64,000 bases of DNA from an uncultured cyanobacterium (GTDB taxonomy: Bacteria; Cyanobacteriota; Cyanobacteriia; PCC-6307; Cyanobiaceae), in assembly GCA_963765575.1 (NCBI GenBank), contig CAVXWZ010000008.1, positions 160,001-224,000 on the forward strand, given 5' to 3'. The notes below the pieces were generated by a model. That model saw only the letters and a program-made list of their open reading frames with translations, was not told the DNA's origin and did not search any database. The translations under genes were made by a program, and so were the position numbers. Positions 54,162 to 64,000 of the stretch are shown one piece after another; the stretch's first letter is position 1, and every line of letters begins with the position of its first letter.

Positions 54162-54259
54162 GGCTGGGGCCTGCCGGCTGGTTGCCGATCCGGCTGCCAA
54201 TCCGCCGGCTCCTTGACCGGGTTCTTGAATGGTGGCGTCCCTGCCCCGCCTCCACCGCC

Positions 54260-55303
54260 ATGGCTTCAGCACCTGCGGGCCCCGCCCTGCTCGAGCAGCT
54301 CCTGCGCGGTGAATCGCTCAGTGCCGAGCAGGCCGGCGCCCTGATGCAGGCCTGGCTGGACGAGCAGATCCCGCCGGTGCTCACCGGTGCCCTGCTGGCG
54401 GCGTTGCGGGCCAAGGGCGTGAGCGGCGAGGAACTGGCCGCCATGGCCAGCGTGCTGCGCCGGGCCTGCCCCCTGCCCGGGGAGCGTCCGGCCCTCTCCC
54501 TGGTGGATACCTGCGGCACCGGCGGCGATGGCGCCGACAGTTTCAACATCTCCACCGCCGTGGCCTTCGTGGCGGCCGCCTGCGGGGTGCATGTGGCCAA
54601 GCACGGCAACCGCAGTGCCAGCGGCCGGGTGGGCTCGGCGGACGTGCTCGAGGCCCTGGAGATCAACCTCCAGGCGCCACGCGAGCAGGTGGTGGCGGCC
54701 CTGCCCCAGGTGGGCGTGACGTTCCTGTTCGCCCCCGGCTGGCATCCGGCCCTGGTGGGCCTCGCGCCCCTGCGCCGGGCGATGGGGGTGCGCACCGTGT
54801 TCAACCTGCTCGGCCCCCTGGTGAATCCCCTGCAGCCGGATGCCCAGGTGCTGGGGGTGGCGCAGGCCGACCTGCTCGATCCCATGGCCGGGGCCCTGGC
54901 CCGGCTGGGGCTGCGCCGGGCGGTGGTGGTGCACGGGGCCGGCGGCCTCGACGAGGCCTCGCTGCAGGGACCCAGCCAGCTGCGCCTGGTGGAGCACGGT
55001 GAGGTGGTCAGCCAGGAGCTGGACCCGGCCACCCTGGGACTGGCCCAGGCTCCGATCACGGCCCTGGCCGGTGGGGATCTGGCCGCGAACCGCGCCATCC
55101 TCGAGGCGGTGCTGCAGGGCGGTGGCAGCGACGCCCAGCGCCAGGTGGTGGCCCTGAACACGGCCCTGGTGCTCTGGGCGGCCGGTGCCAGCGACAGCAT
55201 CGCCGCGGGCCACCAGCAGGCCGCCGCGGTGCTGGCGTCCGGCAGCCCCTGGCAGAAACTGCTGCAGTTGCGCACGGCACTGCCGTTGCCGGTTGGGGGA
55301 TGA
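54260..55303 (+). CDS. trpD: Anthranilate phosphoribosyltransferase
   Basis: [30 protein letters not shown] and GLDE motifs. Confidence 0.96.
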   Translation: MASAPAGPALLEQLLRGESLSAEQAGALMQAWLDEQIPPVLTGALLAALRAKGVSGEELAAMASVLRRACPLPGERPALSLVDTCGTGGDGADSFNISTAVAFVAAACGVHVAKHGNRSASGRVGSADVLEALEINLQAPREQVVAALPQVGVTFLFAPGWHPALVGLAPLRRAMGVRTVFNLLGPLVNPLQPDAQVLGVAQADLLDPMAGALARLGLRRAVVVHGAGGLDEASLQGPSQLRLVEHGEVVSQELDPATLGLAQAPITALAGGDLAANRAILEAVLQGGGSDAQRQVVALNTALVLWAAGASDSIAAGHQQAAAVLASGSPWQKLLQLRTALPLPVGG

Positions 55304-55328
55304 TTGGGGCGCTGCTGCCGGCGCTGCC

Positions 55329-56456
55329 GTGACGACCCCCGCCCTGCTGATGCTGGCCGATGGCACCCTGGTGCGCGGGGAAGCCTTCGGCGCCATCGGC
55401 ACCGCCATCGGTGAGGTGGTGTTCAACACAGGCATGACCGGCTATCAGGAAGTGATGACCGACCCCAGCTACTCCGGTCAGCTGGTGACCTTCACCTATC
55501 CCGAGCTCGGCAACACGGGGGTCAATGCCGCCGACCAGGAGGCGCCCAGGCCCCACGTGCGCGGCGTGATTTCCCGCGAACTGGCGCCGGTGACCAGCAA
55601 CTGGCGCTCCGAAGGCGACCTCGACAGCTGGCTGGCCGACCACGGGGTGGTGGGCATCCGCGGCGTCGACACCCGTGCCCTGGTGCGTCACCTGCGGGAG
55701 GGCGGCGCCATCAACGGGGCCCTCAGCAGCGACGGCACCACCCCCGCGGCGCTGCTGGAGGAGGTGCGCTCGGCCCCCTCGATGCAGGGTCTCAACCTGG
55801 CCGCCCAGGTGAGCACCAAGGAGCCCTACACCTGGAACGAATCCTGCAGGGCCGCCTTCGATGCCCGCCTGCAACCACGCCCCGAGCAGCCCTATCGCGT
55901 GGTGGCCATCGATTTCGGCATCAAGCGCGCAATTCTCGATCGACTGGTGGCCCATGGCTGCAGCGTCACCGTGCTGCCGGCCGACTCCAGTCTGGAGGCG
56001 GTGCTCAGCCACAGCCCCGAGGGGGTGTTTCTCTCCAACGGTCCCGGTGATCCGGCCGCAGTCAGCCATGGCATCGAGCTGGTGAAGGGCCTGCTAGGTC
56101 AGCGTGACCTGCCCCTGTTCGGCATCTGCATGGGCCACCAGATCCTGGGTCTGGCCCTTGGTGGCCGCAGCTTCAAGCTGCCCTATGGCCACCGCGGTCT
56201 CAACCATCCCTGCGGCAGCCCCGGGCATGTGGAGATCACCAGCCAGAACCACGGCTTTGCCGTTGAGGCCGACTCCCTGGACGCTGAGCGCGTGCGCATC
56301 ACCCACCACAACCTCAACGACCACACCGTGGCCGGCCTGGAGCTGCGACAGCAGCCGGTGTTCGGCGTGCAATACCACCCCGAAGCGAGTCCAGGGCCCC
56401 ACGACGCTGACCACCACTTCGGCCGCTTCGCCGCCCTGATGGCCCAGCGCCGCTGA
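55329..56456 (+). CDS. carA: Carbamoyl-phosphate synthase small subunit
   Basis: [28 protein letters not shown] and QYHPE motifs. Confidence 0.97.
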   Translation: MTTPALLMLADGTLVRGEAFGAIGTAIGEVVFNTGMTGYQEVMTDPSYSGQLVTFTYPELGNTGVNAADQEAPRPHVRGVISRELAPVTSNWRSEGDLDSWLADHGVVGIRGVDTRALVRHLREGGAINGALSSDGTTPAALLEEVRSAPSMQGLNLAAQVSTKEPYTWNESCRAAFDARLQPRPEQPYRVVAIDFGIKRAILDRLVAHGCSVTVLPADSSLEAVLSHSPEGVFLSNGPGDPAAVSHGIELVKGLLGQRDLPLFGICMGHQILGLALGGRSFKLPYGHRGLNHPCGSPGHVEITSQNHGFAVEADSLDAERVRITHHNLNDHTVAGLELRQQPVFGVQYHPEASPGPHDADHHFGRFAALMAQRR

Positions 56457-56551
56457 GTCGCCCCCGTCTTGTGGCGTTTTGGCAGCTTCTGCTCCAGCCC
56501 TGGCCGCCATCCCTACACTCCCCGCAAAGATCCGCATCGAGGGCAAACGCC

Positions 56552-56914
56552 ATCAACGACCTGCACCGACTCACGGTGTCCCTGCGTGGGGGATTCGAGC
56601 AGCAGGCTCATTGCCAGCTGTTTCGTTTCACCGGCCAGCTCGACGCCTATTCCGACAAGCAATTTGTCGAGTTTCTCGCCGCCCACCGCAGCCCCGGTCA
56701 GCCACTGCTGGTGGACCTTTCGCACATCGACTTCATCGACTCCTCCGGCCTCGGGGCGCTGGTGCAGCTGGCCAAGCAGTGCACCACTGATGGCCAGCAG
56801 TTCGTGGTGGCCGGCAACCCCCGGGTGGTGCAGACGGTGAAACTCGTGCGGCTGGAGGAGTTTCTGCATCTGCAGCCGGATCTCAAGAGTGCCCTCGCCA
56901 GCCTCACCCCCTGA
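56552..56914 (+). CDS. STAS domain protein (anti-sigma factor antagonist)
   Basis: GQLDAYS and DLSHIDFIDSSGLGALV motifs. Start uncertain (ATC 56552 or GTG 56576). Confidence 0.88.
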   Translation: MNDLHRLTVSLRGGFEQQAHCQLFRFTGQLDAYSDKQFVEFLAAHRSPGQPLLVDLSHIDFIDSSGLGALVQLAKQCTTDGQQFVVAGNPRVVQTVKLVRLEEFLHLQPDLKSALASLTP

Positions 56915-57266
56915 ACTGGGCCCCCTGCAGCTGGCCTGGCTGGGGGATGCGGTGTGGGAGCTGCACCAGCGCCTGCGCCACTGCGGCGCCCCGGCCCGCC
57001 CCCGGGATCTGCACCGCCAGGTGGTCGCCGCGGTGCGCGCCGACGCCCAGGCCCGGGCCCTGGGCCGGCTGGAGTCAGTGCTGCGGCCCGAGGAGCGCGA
57101 CCTGGTGCGCCGCGGTCGCAACCGGGCCGGTCGCGGCCCCCGCAGCGCCGATGCGGCCACCTATGGCCAGGCCACGGGCTTTGAAACCCTGCTGGGCTGG
57201 CTCTTCCTGCACGATCAGCCGCGGTTGGGTGAACTGCTAGATCACTTGCAGCACATCGATCCGTAA
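56889..57266 (+). CDS. mrnC: Mini-ribonuclease III
   Basis: LAWLGDAVWEL, RRGRN and YGQATGFETLLG motifs. No dsRBD. Confidence 0.88.
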   Translation: MPSPASPPELGPLQLAWLGDAVWELHQRLRHCGAPARPRDLHRQVVAAVRADAQARALGRLESVLRPEERDLVRRGRNRAGRGPRSADAATYGQATGFETLLGWLFLHDQPRLGELLDHLQHIDP

Positions 57267-57278
57267 CAGCTGCGCGCC

Positions 57279-59033
57279 ATGAGCCCTCGATTTGAACGCC
57301 GTCCCGACAAGCGGACGGGAGCAGGGGCCGGGCGCAGTGCGCGATCGGCTCCCCCGTCCCGTGCCTACGGCCGCGACCGGCGCCCCGACCCGGCGGGCCA
57401 GAGCGACCGGCGTCGCCAGGGCGGCTCAGGGGGGGACTGGGGTGAGCGCGATGGGGGCCGGCGGCCTGTGCGTGGTCCGGAACGCAGTGGCGAGCGCAGT
57501 GCTGATCGCAGACCCGAGCGCAGCCCAGAACGTGGTGTGGTGAGAAGCGGGGAGCGCGGTGCGACGAGGGGTGGTGAGCGCGGTGCCCTGAGGGGCGGCG
57601 AACGCGGAAGTGAGCCAGGGGGTGAGCGGGCCTGGGCCGCTGCTCGCCGCTTCGGCTCGGCCCGCCCGGAAGCGCGCCGGCTCGATCGCGGTCGCCGGGA
57701 TGGGGGCCGCAGGGACGGCGGCCGCTTCGATGGCGCCCGTTTCGATGGCGCCCGTGGCGAGACGCGCCGCCAGCCCCCGCTCGGCCGCGAGGCGGCGCCA
57801 GCACCCCCGGTGGCTCCCGGGGAGGCGGAGCGGCTCGGTCAGCCTGCCCCCAGCGACGACCTGGTGTGGGGGCGTCACGCCGCCCTCGCCGCCCTGGAGA
57901 GCGGCCGACCGGTTCACCGCATCTGGTGCACGACGGAGCTGCGCTTCACACCGAAGTTTCTGCAGCAGCTGCGGGAGGCCAAGGCGTCCGGTGTGCTGGT
58001 GGAGGAGGTCACCTGGGCGCGGCTGGGGCAGCTCACCGCCGGCGCCGTGCACCAGGGCATCGTGCTGCAGAGCGCCGCGGCCGAGACCCTCGACCTCGAC
58101 AGTCTCATCGAGGGCTGTGCTGGCATCGGCGAAGCGCCCTTGCTGATGGCCCTCGACAGCATCACCGACCCCCACAACCTGGGGGCCATCGCCCGCAGTG
58201 CCGAAGCACTCGGTGCCCATGGGCTGGTGCTGCCGCAGCGGCGCAGCGCCGGCCTCACCGGCTCGGTGGCCAAGGTGGCGGCCGGCGCCCTGGAGCACTT
58301 GCCCGTGGCCCGGGTGGTGAACCTCAACCGCGCCCTCGAACGCCTCAAGCAGGAGGGCTATCGGGTGGTGGGCCTGGCCTCTGAGGGCAGTGTCAGCCTG
58401 GAGCAGGCCGATCTGGATGGTCCCCTGGTGATCGTCACCGGTTCGGAGTCCGATGGGCTTTCGATGCTCACCCGCCGGCACTGCGACCAGCTGGTGAGCA
58501 TCCCCCTGCGCGGCGCCACCCCCAGCCTCAACGCCTCGGTGGCTACAGCCCTGCTGCTCTATGAGGTGGCTCGCCGCGGCTGGATGCGCGGCCTGCGCGG
58601 CGGTGATCCCGCCCCCCGGCTGGTGAGGCCCCAGGTGCCCTCAAGCCCCCAGACACCAATGGTGGAGAACGTTGACTCTGGGTCGCCGCCAGCGGACCTC
58701 CATTCCCCGCTGGACGCCGGGCCGTCCTCAGCGCCTGAACCCGAGGCGGTGACTGCCCTGGAGGCGCTTGGTGAGCCCGCAGTGGGCCCTGGCGCGGTGG
58801 GCGGCAGCACCAACGCTGGTGCAGGCGACGGTGACGGTGCTGCCATGGCTGGGGCATCGGGCGCGACCACGACCCCCACCCCGGCATCGGATCCAGAGCA
58901 GGACCACTACCAGGACCACCACCAGGATGACCAGCAGGACCAGGACCAGGCCCCCAGCCTGAGCCAGCCCGACTCCAGTGCCACCGACCCCACTGCCACT
59001 GACCCCAGTGTCGACCGACCCCAACGGCGCTGA
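57279..59033 (+). CDS. rlmB: 23S rRNA (G2251-2'-O)-methyltransferase RlmB with low-complexity N- and C-terminal extensions (the tail may extend to 59166 after a frameshift)
   Basis: WGRHA, HQGIV, DSITDPHNLGAI, GSESDG and SLNASVA SPOUT motifs. Confidence 0.9.
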   Translation: MSPRFERRPDKRTGAGAGRSARSAPPSRAYGRDRRPDPAGQSDRRRQGGSGGDWGERDGGRRPVRGPERSGERSADRRPERSPERGVVRSGERGATRGGERGALRGGERGSEPGGERAWAAARRFGSARPEARRLDRGRRDGGRRDGGRFDGARFDGARGETRRQPPLGREAAPAPPVAPGEAERLGQPAPSDDLVWGRHAALAALESGRPVHRIWCTTELRFTPKFLQQLREAKASGVLVEEVTWARLGQLTAGAVHQGIVLQSAAAETLDLDSLIEGCAGIGEAPLLMALDSITDPHNLGAIARSAEALGAHGLVLPQRRSAGLTGSVAKVAAGALEHLPVARVVNLNRALERLKQEGYRVVGLASEGSVSLEQADLDGPLVIVTGSESDGLSMLTRRHCDQLVSIPLRGATPSLNASVATALLLYEVARRGWMRGLRGGDPAPRLVRPQVPSSPQTPMVENVDSGSPPADLHSPLDAGPSSAPEPEAVTALEALGEPAVGPGAVGGSTNAGAGDGDGAAMAGASGATTTPTPASDPEQDHYQDHHQDDQQDQDQAPSLSQPDSSATDPTATDPSVDRPQRR

Positions 59034-59037
59034 TCCC
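58899..59037 (+). repeat. Degenerate coding tandem repeats (QDHx/QD and xxTDP)
   Basis: caggaccactac-caggaccaccac-caggatgaccag-caggaccaggaccag, then 15-nt GACCCC-spaced units. Confidence 0.6.
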
Positions 59038-59225
59038 GGCAGCGCCGGGCCCCGGGCCGGCGAATCGGACCGCAACAGCCCCGAGCCGGCCGCCGACCCC
59101 GGTGGGCCCACCACCCCTGGCAGCCAATTCGCCAGCGACGTGGATCTGGGCTCACTGCACCCCTGATCCCCACGCTGAGTGCCATCAGGCGGGTGGGCAG
59201 AATGGGGGTTGTTCCGCTCCACCGC

Positions 59226-59465
59226 ATGAACCCCCTGCTCTGGCCCGTGCGCGGCAGCGTCAACGTCCTGGGCCTGGCCTGGTGGGCCCGGGTGTGCACC
59301 AGGGATCCCGACATCACCTATTGGTTTGGCCCCTACGTGCGTCGCAGCAGCCTGGAGCGGGAGCTGCCCGCCTTCCTCGACGACCTGCGCAGTGAGGAGC
59401 CGGCCGCCATCGACCACACCCTGCTGCGCACCCGCCGCGGCGAACCCCTCACCGAGACCGACTGA
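59226..59465 (+). CDS. DUF1816 domain protein
   Basis: AWWARV.T..P.ITYWFGP and DLRSE pattern. Confidence 0.85.
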   Translation: MNPLLWPVRGSVNVLGLAWWARVCTRDPDITYWFGPYVRRSSLERELPAFLDDLRSEEPAAIDHTLLRTRRGEPLTETD

Positions 59466-59533
59466 CGCTGCGCTGCGGGTTGGGCACGAGGCACCTGGCT
59501 GATAGCGTCCCAACCAACTGGTGATCGGTTGGC

Positions 59534-61030
59534 ATGGGCATCGCCGAATGGCGCGGCAGGCTGGAGCGCGGCGAGGTGTCGGCCCGGGAGCTCACCGATC
59601 GCTGCCTGGCCCGCATCGAGGCGGTGGATGACACCGTGCACGCCTTCCTGGAGGTGACCGCCCAGCGGGCCCGGGCCGACGCCGAGCGCATCGACAGCGC
59701 CAGGGCCGCCGGCGAACCCCTGCCACCCCTGGCGGGGGTGCCACTGGCGATCAAGGACAACCTCTGCACCAAGGGAATTCGCACCACCTGCTCCAGCCGC
59801 ATGCTGGAGACCTTCGTGCCGCCCTACGAGAGCACCGTCACGGAGCGGCTCTGGCAGGCCGGGGCCGTGCTGCTGGGCAAGACCAACCTCGATGAGTTCG
59901 CCATGGGCAGCTCCACCGAGACCTCGGCCTTCGGTCCCAGCCGCAACCCCTGGGATCCGGCCACCGTGCCCGGTGGCAGCTCCGGTGGCAGCGCCGCCGC
60001 CGTGGCCGCCGGTGAGTGCCTCGGTGCCCTCGGCTCCGACACCGGCGGTTCCATCCGTCAGCCCGCCAGCTTCTGCGGTGTGGTGGGCCTCAAGCCCACC
60101 TATGGGCGTGTCAGCCGCTGGGGCCTGGTGGCCTTCGCCAGCTCCCTCGATCAGGTGGGCCCCTTCAGCCAGTCGGTGGCGGATGCTGCCGAGCTGCTGC
60201 AGGTGATCGCCGGCCCCGATCCCCGCGACAGCACCTGTCTGGCGGCGGACGTTCCCGATTACCGGGCCGCCCTGGAGCAACCGGTGACCGGCCTGCGGGT
60301 GGGCATCGTGCGCGAGTGCTTCGAGGCCGATGGCCTCGCCCCGGCGGTGAAGGCGGCGGTGATGGCGGCCGCTGAGCAGTTGCAGGCCCTGGGCTGTGAA
60401 CTGGTGGATGTCAGCTGCCCCCGTTTCAACGACGGCATCGCCACCTATTACGTGATTGCCCCGTCGGAAGCCTCCGCCAACCTGGCTCGCTACGACGGCG
60501 TCAAATACGGCTACCGGGCTGGCCTGGAGGCGGGGGCGAACAGTGCTGCCAGCCTGGCGGAGATGATGGCCCGCAGCCGCGCCGAGGGCTTCGGCGATGA
60601 GGTGCAGCGACGCATTCTGATCGGCACCTACGCCCTCTCGGCCGGCTATGGGGACGCCTACTACCGCAAGGCCCAGCAGGTTCGCACCTTGATCAGGCGC
60701 GACTTCGACCGTGCCTTCGAGACGGTGGATGTGTTGCTCACCCCCACTTCCCCCACCACCGCCTTCCGCTTCGGCGCCCACAGCGACGACCCGCTGGCCA
60801 TGTACCTGGCCGACCTGCTCACGATTCCGGCCAACATGGCCGGGCTGCCGGCGATCAACGTGCCCTGTGGCTTTGATGGCCAGGGCCTGCCGATCGGTCT
60901 GCAGCTGATCGCCGGCGTGTTGCAGGAGCCGCGCCTGCTGCAGGTGGCCCACCATTACGAGAGGGCGGCCCGGGTGATGGAGCACCGCCCAGTGGCCGAT
61001 CTGGTGCCGTCGGCGCCCCTGGTGTCCTGA
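59534..61030 (+). CDS. gatA: Asp/Glu-tRNA amidotransferase subunit A
   Basis: [32 protein letters not shown] and [11 protein letters not shown] motifs. Confidence 0.97.
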   Translation: MGIAEWRGRLERGEVSARELTDRCLARIEAVDDTVHAFLEVTAQRARADAERIDSARAAGEPLPPLAGVPLAIKDNLCTKGIRTTCSSRMLETFVPPYESTVTERLWQAGAVLLGKTNLDEFAMGSSTETSAFGPSRNPWDPATVPGGSSGGSAAAVAAGECLGALGSDTGGSIRQPASFCGVVGLKPTYGRVSRWGLVAFASSLDQVGPFSQSVADAAELLQVIAGPDPRDSTCLAADVPDYRAALEQPVTGLRVGIVRECFEADGLAPAVKAAVMAAAEQLQALGCELVDVSCPRFNDGIATYYVIAPSEASANLARYDGVKYGYRAGLEAGANSAASLAEMMARSRAEGFGDEVQRRILIGTYALSAGYGDAYYRKAQQVRTLIRRDFDRAFETVDVLLTPTSPTTAFRFGAHSDDPLAMYLADLLTIPANMAGLPAINVPCGFDGQGLPIGLQLIAGVLQEPRLLQVAHHYERAARVMEHRPVADLVPSAPLVS

Positions 61031-61105
61031 GCGCCGCGGGCCAGGACCGCCCACACCAGATCTGGTGTGGGCGGTCCTAACCTGGGCGGCAAAGCTGGCA
61101 GCGCC

Positions 61106-64000
61106 GTGGCCTTCGTTCCCCTCCACAACCACAGCGACTACAGCCTTCTCGATGGCGCCAGTCAGCTGCCGGCGATGGTGGAGCGGGCCGTGGCCCTGGG
61201 CATGCCGGCCCTGGCCCTTACCGACCACGGCGTCATGTATGGCGCCATTGAGCTGCTGAAGCTCTGCCAGCAAGCGGGCATCAAGCCGATCATCGGCAAT
61301 GAGATGTATGTCATCAATGGCTCGCTTGATGATCCCAATCCGCCCAAGAAGGAGCGCCGTTATCACCTGGTGGTGCTGGCCAAGAATGCGGTGGGGTATC
61401 GCAATCTGGTGAAACTCACCAGCATCAGCCACCTGCGGGGCATGCGCGGCCGGGGCATCTTCTCGAGGGCCTGTGTCGACAAGGCCACCCTGCGCCAATA
61501 CAGCGAGGGTTTGATCGTGGCCACCGCCTGCCTGGGGGGTGAGATTCCCCAGGCGATCCTGCGCGAGCGGCCCGATGCGGCCCGCACTGTGGCGCGCTGG
61601 TATCAGGAGGTGTTCGGCGACGATTTCTACCTGGAGATCCAGGACCACGGCGGCATCGAAGACCGCATCGTCAATACCGAGATCGCCCGCATCGGTGCGG
61701 AGCTCGGCATCGAACTGGTGGCCACCAACGATGCCCACTACCTCAGCGTGGGCGATGTGGAGGCCCATGACGCCCTGCTGTGCGTGCTCACCGGCAAGCT
61801 GATCAGTGATGAGAAGCGCCTGCGGTACACCGGCACCGAATACATCAAGAGCGAAGCCCAGATGCTGCAGCTCTTCGGCGATCATCTGCCGGCCGAGCTG
61901 ATTGAGCGGGCCGTGGCCAACACGGCACGGGTGGCCGACAAGGTGGAGCCCTACGACATCCTGGGTCGCTACCAGATGCCGCGCTTCCCGATCCCCGAGG
62001 GGCACACTCCGGTGAGCTATCTGCGCGAGGTGAGTGAGCAGGGACTGCGCCGCCGCCTCGACCTGGACGAAGCCGAGGTCATGGCGGATGGCTATGGGGA
62101 GCGGCTCGCCTACGAGCTGCAGGTGATGGAGCAGATGGGTTTCCCCACCTACTTCCTGGTGGTGTGGGACTACATCCGCTACGCCCGCGAGAACGGCATC
62201 CCGGTGGGCCCCGGCCGCGGTTCTGCCGCCGGATCGCTGGTGGCTTATGCCCTCGGCATCACCAACCTCGATCCGGTGGTGCACGGCTTGCTGTTCGAAC
62301 GCTTTCTCAATCCTGAGCGCAAGTCGATGCCTGACATTGACACCGATTTCTGCATTGAAAGGCGCGGTGAGGTGATCGACTACGTCACCCAACGCTATGG
62401 CGAGGACAAGGTGGCCCAGATCATCACCTTCAACCGCATGACCTCCAAGGCGGTGCTCAAGGATGTGGCCCGTGTGCTGGATATTCCCTACGGCGAGGCC
62501 GATCGTCTGGCCAAGCTGATTCCTGTGGTGCGGGGCAAGCCAGCCAAGCTCAAGGAGATGATCGGCGCGGAGTCGCCAGCGCCGGAATTCCGGCAGAAAT
62601 ACGAGAACGAGTCCCATGTGCGCCACTGGGTGGATCTGGCCATGCGCATCGAGGGCACCAACAAGACCTTCGGTGTTCATGCCGCCGGCGTGGTGATCGC
62701 CGCCGAGCCCCTCGACGAGCTGGTGCCCCTGCAGCGCAACAACGACGGCCAGGTGATCACCCAGTACTTCATGGAAGACGTGGAGTCAATGGGCCTGCTG
62801 AAGATGGACTTCCTGGGGCTGAAAAATCTCACCATGATCGACAAGACGATCGATCTGGTGAAGCAGAGCAGCGGCATCGAGGTGGACCCCGACAAGCTTC
62901 CTCTCGATGATCCGGACACCTACGGCCTGTTGGCCCGCGGTGATCTGGAGGGCATCTTCCAGCTGGAGTCGAGCGGCATGCGGCAGATCGTCCGCGATCT
63001 CAAGCCCTCGTCCCTGGAGGACATCTCCTCGGTGCTGGCCCTGTATCGTCCCGGCCCGTTGGATGCGGGTCTGATCCCCAAATTCATCAACCGCAAGCAT
63101 GGCCGTGAGGCCATCGATGTGGCCCACGTGAAGCTCGAGCCGATCCTGCGCGAGACCTACGGGATCATGGTGTATCAAGAGCAGATCATGAAGATCGCCC
63201 AGGATCTCGCCGGCTACTCCCTTGGTGAAGCCGATCTTCTGCGGCGGGCGATGGGCAAGAAGAAGAAGAGCGAAATGGAGAAGCACCAGGGACTCTTCGT
63301 CCAGGGTGCCAGCGAGCGGGGGGTGGATCCCAGGATTGCCGAGGCCCTGTTTGAGCAGATGGTGCTGTTCGCCGAGTACTGCTTCAACAAGAGCCACTCC
63401 ACCGCCTATGGCGCGGTGACCTACCAGACGGCCTACCTCAAGGCCCACTACCCAGTGGCCTACATGGCGTCTCTGCTCACGGTGAACGCGGGCGATTCGG
63501 CCAAGGTGCAGCGCTACATCGCCAATTGCAGTGCCATGGGCATCGAGGTGATGGCCCCGGATGTCAATGCCTCCGGCATCGACTTCACCCCCGTGGGCGA
63601 TCGCATCCTCTTCGGCCTTTCAGCGGTGCGCAACCTCGGTGATGGCGCCATCCGCCAGCTGATCGAGATCCGCAGTGCCGAGGGGCCGTTCCGCTCGCTG
63701 GCCGACCTCTGCGATCGCATCCCCGGCCAGCAGCTCAACCGCCGGGCCCTGGAGGCCCTGATCCACTCCGGCGCCCTCGACTCCCTGGAGGCCAGGGCCA
63801 ACCGGGCCCAGCTGATGGCCGACCTCGATTTGGTGCTGGATTGGGCCACCTCCCGCGCCCGGGATCGGGCCAGCGGCCAGGGCAACCTCTTCGATCTGCT
63901 CGGCGGCGCTGATACCGCCGCCAGCGATGGTGCCGCTGATGCCGCCGCAGGCGATCTCAGCACCGCGCCCAAGGCGGCGCCGGTGGCTGACTACCCCCCC
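61106..64000 (+). CDS. dnaE: DNA polymerase III alpha subunit (partial, runs off the window)
   Basis: GTG start, [39 protein letters not shown] and AEYCFNKSH in one frame. Missing from the ORF track because it has no stop in the window. Confidence 0.96.
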   Translation, partial: MAFVPLHNHSDYSLLDGASQLPAMVERAVALGMPALALTDHGVMYGAIELLKLCQQAGIKPIIGNEMYVINGSLDDPNPPKKERRYHLVVLAKNAVGYRNLVKLTSISHLRGMRGRGIFSRACVDKATLRQYSEGLIVATACLGGEIPQAILRERPDAARTVARWYQEVFGDDFYLEIQDHGGIEDRIVNTEIARIGAELGIELVATNDAHYLSVGDVEAHDALLCVLTGKLISDEKRLRYTGTEYIKSEAQMLQLFGDHLPAELIERAVANTARVADKVEPYDILGRYQMPRFPIPEGHTPVSYLREVSEQGLRRRLDLDEAEVMADGYGERLAYELQVMEQMGFPTYFLVVWDYIRYARENGIPVGPGRGSAAGSLVAYALGITNLDPVVHGLLFERFLNPERKSMPDIDTDFCIERRGEVIDYVTQRYGEDKVAQIITFNRMTSKAVLKDVARVLDIPYGEADRLAKLIPVVRGKPAKLKEMIGAESPAPEFRQKYENESHVRHWVDLAMRIEGTNKTFGVHAAGVVIAAEPLDELVPLQRNNDGQVITQYFMEDVESMGLLKMDFLGLKNLTMIDKTIDLVKQSSGIEVDPDKLPLDDPDTYGLLARGDLEGIFQLESSGMRQIVRDLKPSSLEDISSVLALYRPGPLDAGLIPKFINRKHGREAIDVAHVKLEPILRETYGIMVYQEQIMKIAQDLAGYSLGEADLLRRAMGKKKKSEMEKHQGLFVQGASERGVDPRIAEALFEQMVLFAEYCFNKSHSTAYGAVTYQTAYLKAHYPVAYMASLLTVNAGDSAKVQRYIANCSAMGIEVMAPDVNASGIDFTPVGDRILFGLSAVRNLGDGAIRQLIEIRSAEGPFRSLADLCDRIPGQQLNRRALEALIHSGALDSLEARANRAQLMADLDLVLDWATSRARDRASGQGNLFDLLGGADTAASDGAADAAAGDLSTAPKAAPVADYPP

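Noticed and set aside
57480..57760. Short repeats as a possible CRISPR or VNTR
   Set aside because: Degenerate in-frame coding repeats within the rlmB N-terminus, with no constant repeat-spacer pattern.
59333..62680. 1115-aa minus-strand ORF, and similar long antisense ORFs (e.g. 6954-9143, 10826-13204, 23557-25809, 42043-43860)
   Set aside because: Shadow ORFs opposite well-supported genes, expected at high GC3, with no recognisable motifs.
63371..63397. Split DnaE intein site
   Set aside because: The sequence reads AEY-CFNKSH contiguously, so there is no intein or split. This is normal for picocyanobacteria.

Overview
A GC-rich picocyanobacterial chromosome segment (Cyanobium/Synechococcus-like, judged from psbA, ndhD, menD/menB, the cyanobacterial DUF proteins and an intein-free dnaE). 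It is densely coding and mostly core housekeeping: tamB-like, ROK, proA, folB, prlC, ndhD, thrB, glk, thrS, trpS, psbA (Q130, D1:1 type), lepB, menD, menB, glgA, murF, glmU, aroA, ubiD, comB, nitrilase, amidase, murI, sds, acs, peroxiredoxin, tRNA-Pro(GGG), msrA, ABC exporter, trpD, carA, STAS, Mini-III, rlmB, gatA and partial dnaE. I see no CRISPR array, IS, integrase or prophage. The unusual elements are: a compositionally atypical tandem pair of GH13 alpha-glucosidases coupled to acs; a Coq4-family pseudogene; single-base frameshifts in menD, ubiD, rlmB, a hypothetical gene and possibly lepB (most likely assembly errors); candidate structured RNAs (GH104 leader hairpin, psbA 5' UTR, a two-hairpin element before trpD); an MliC-like protein; and a coupled sugar-kinase/DOMON pair. 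Product calls come from motif recognition only, and several start codons are uncertain.
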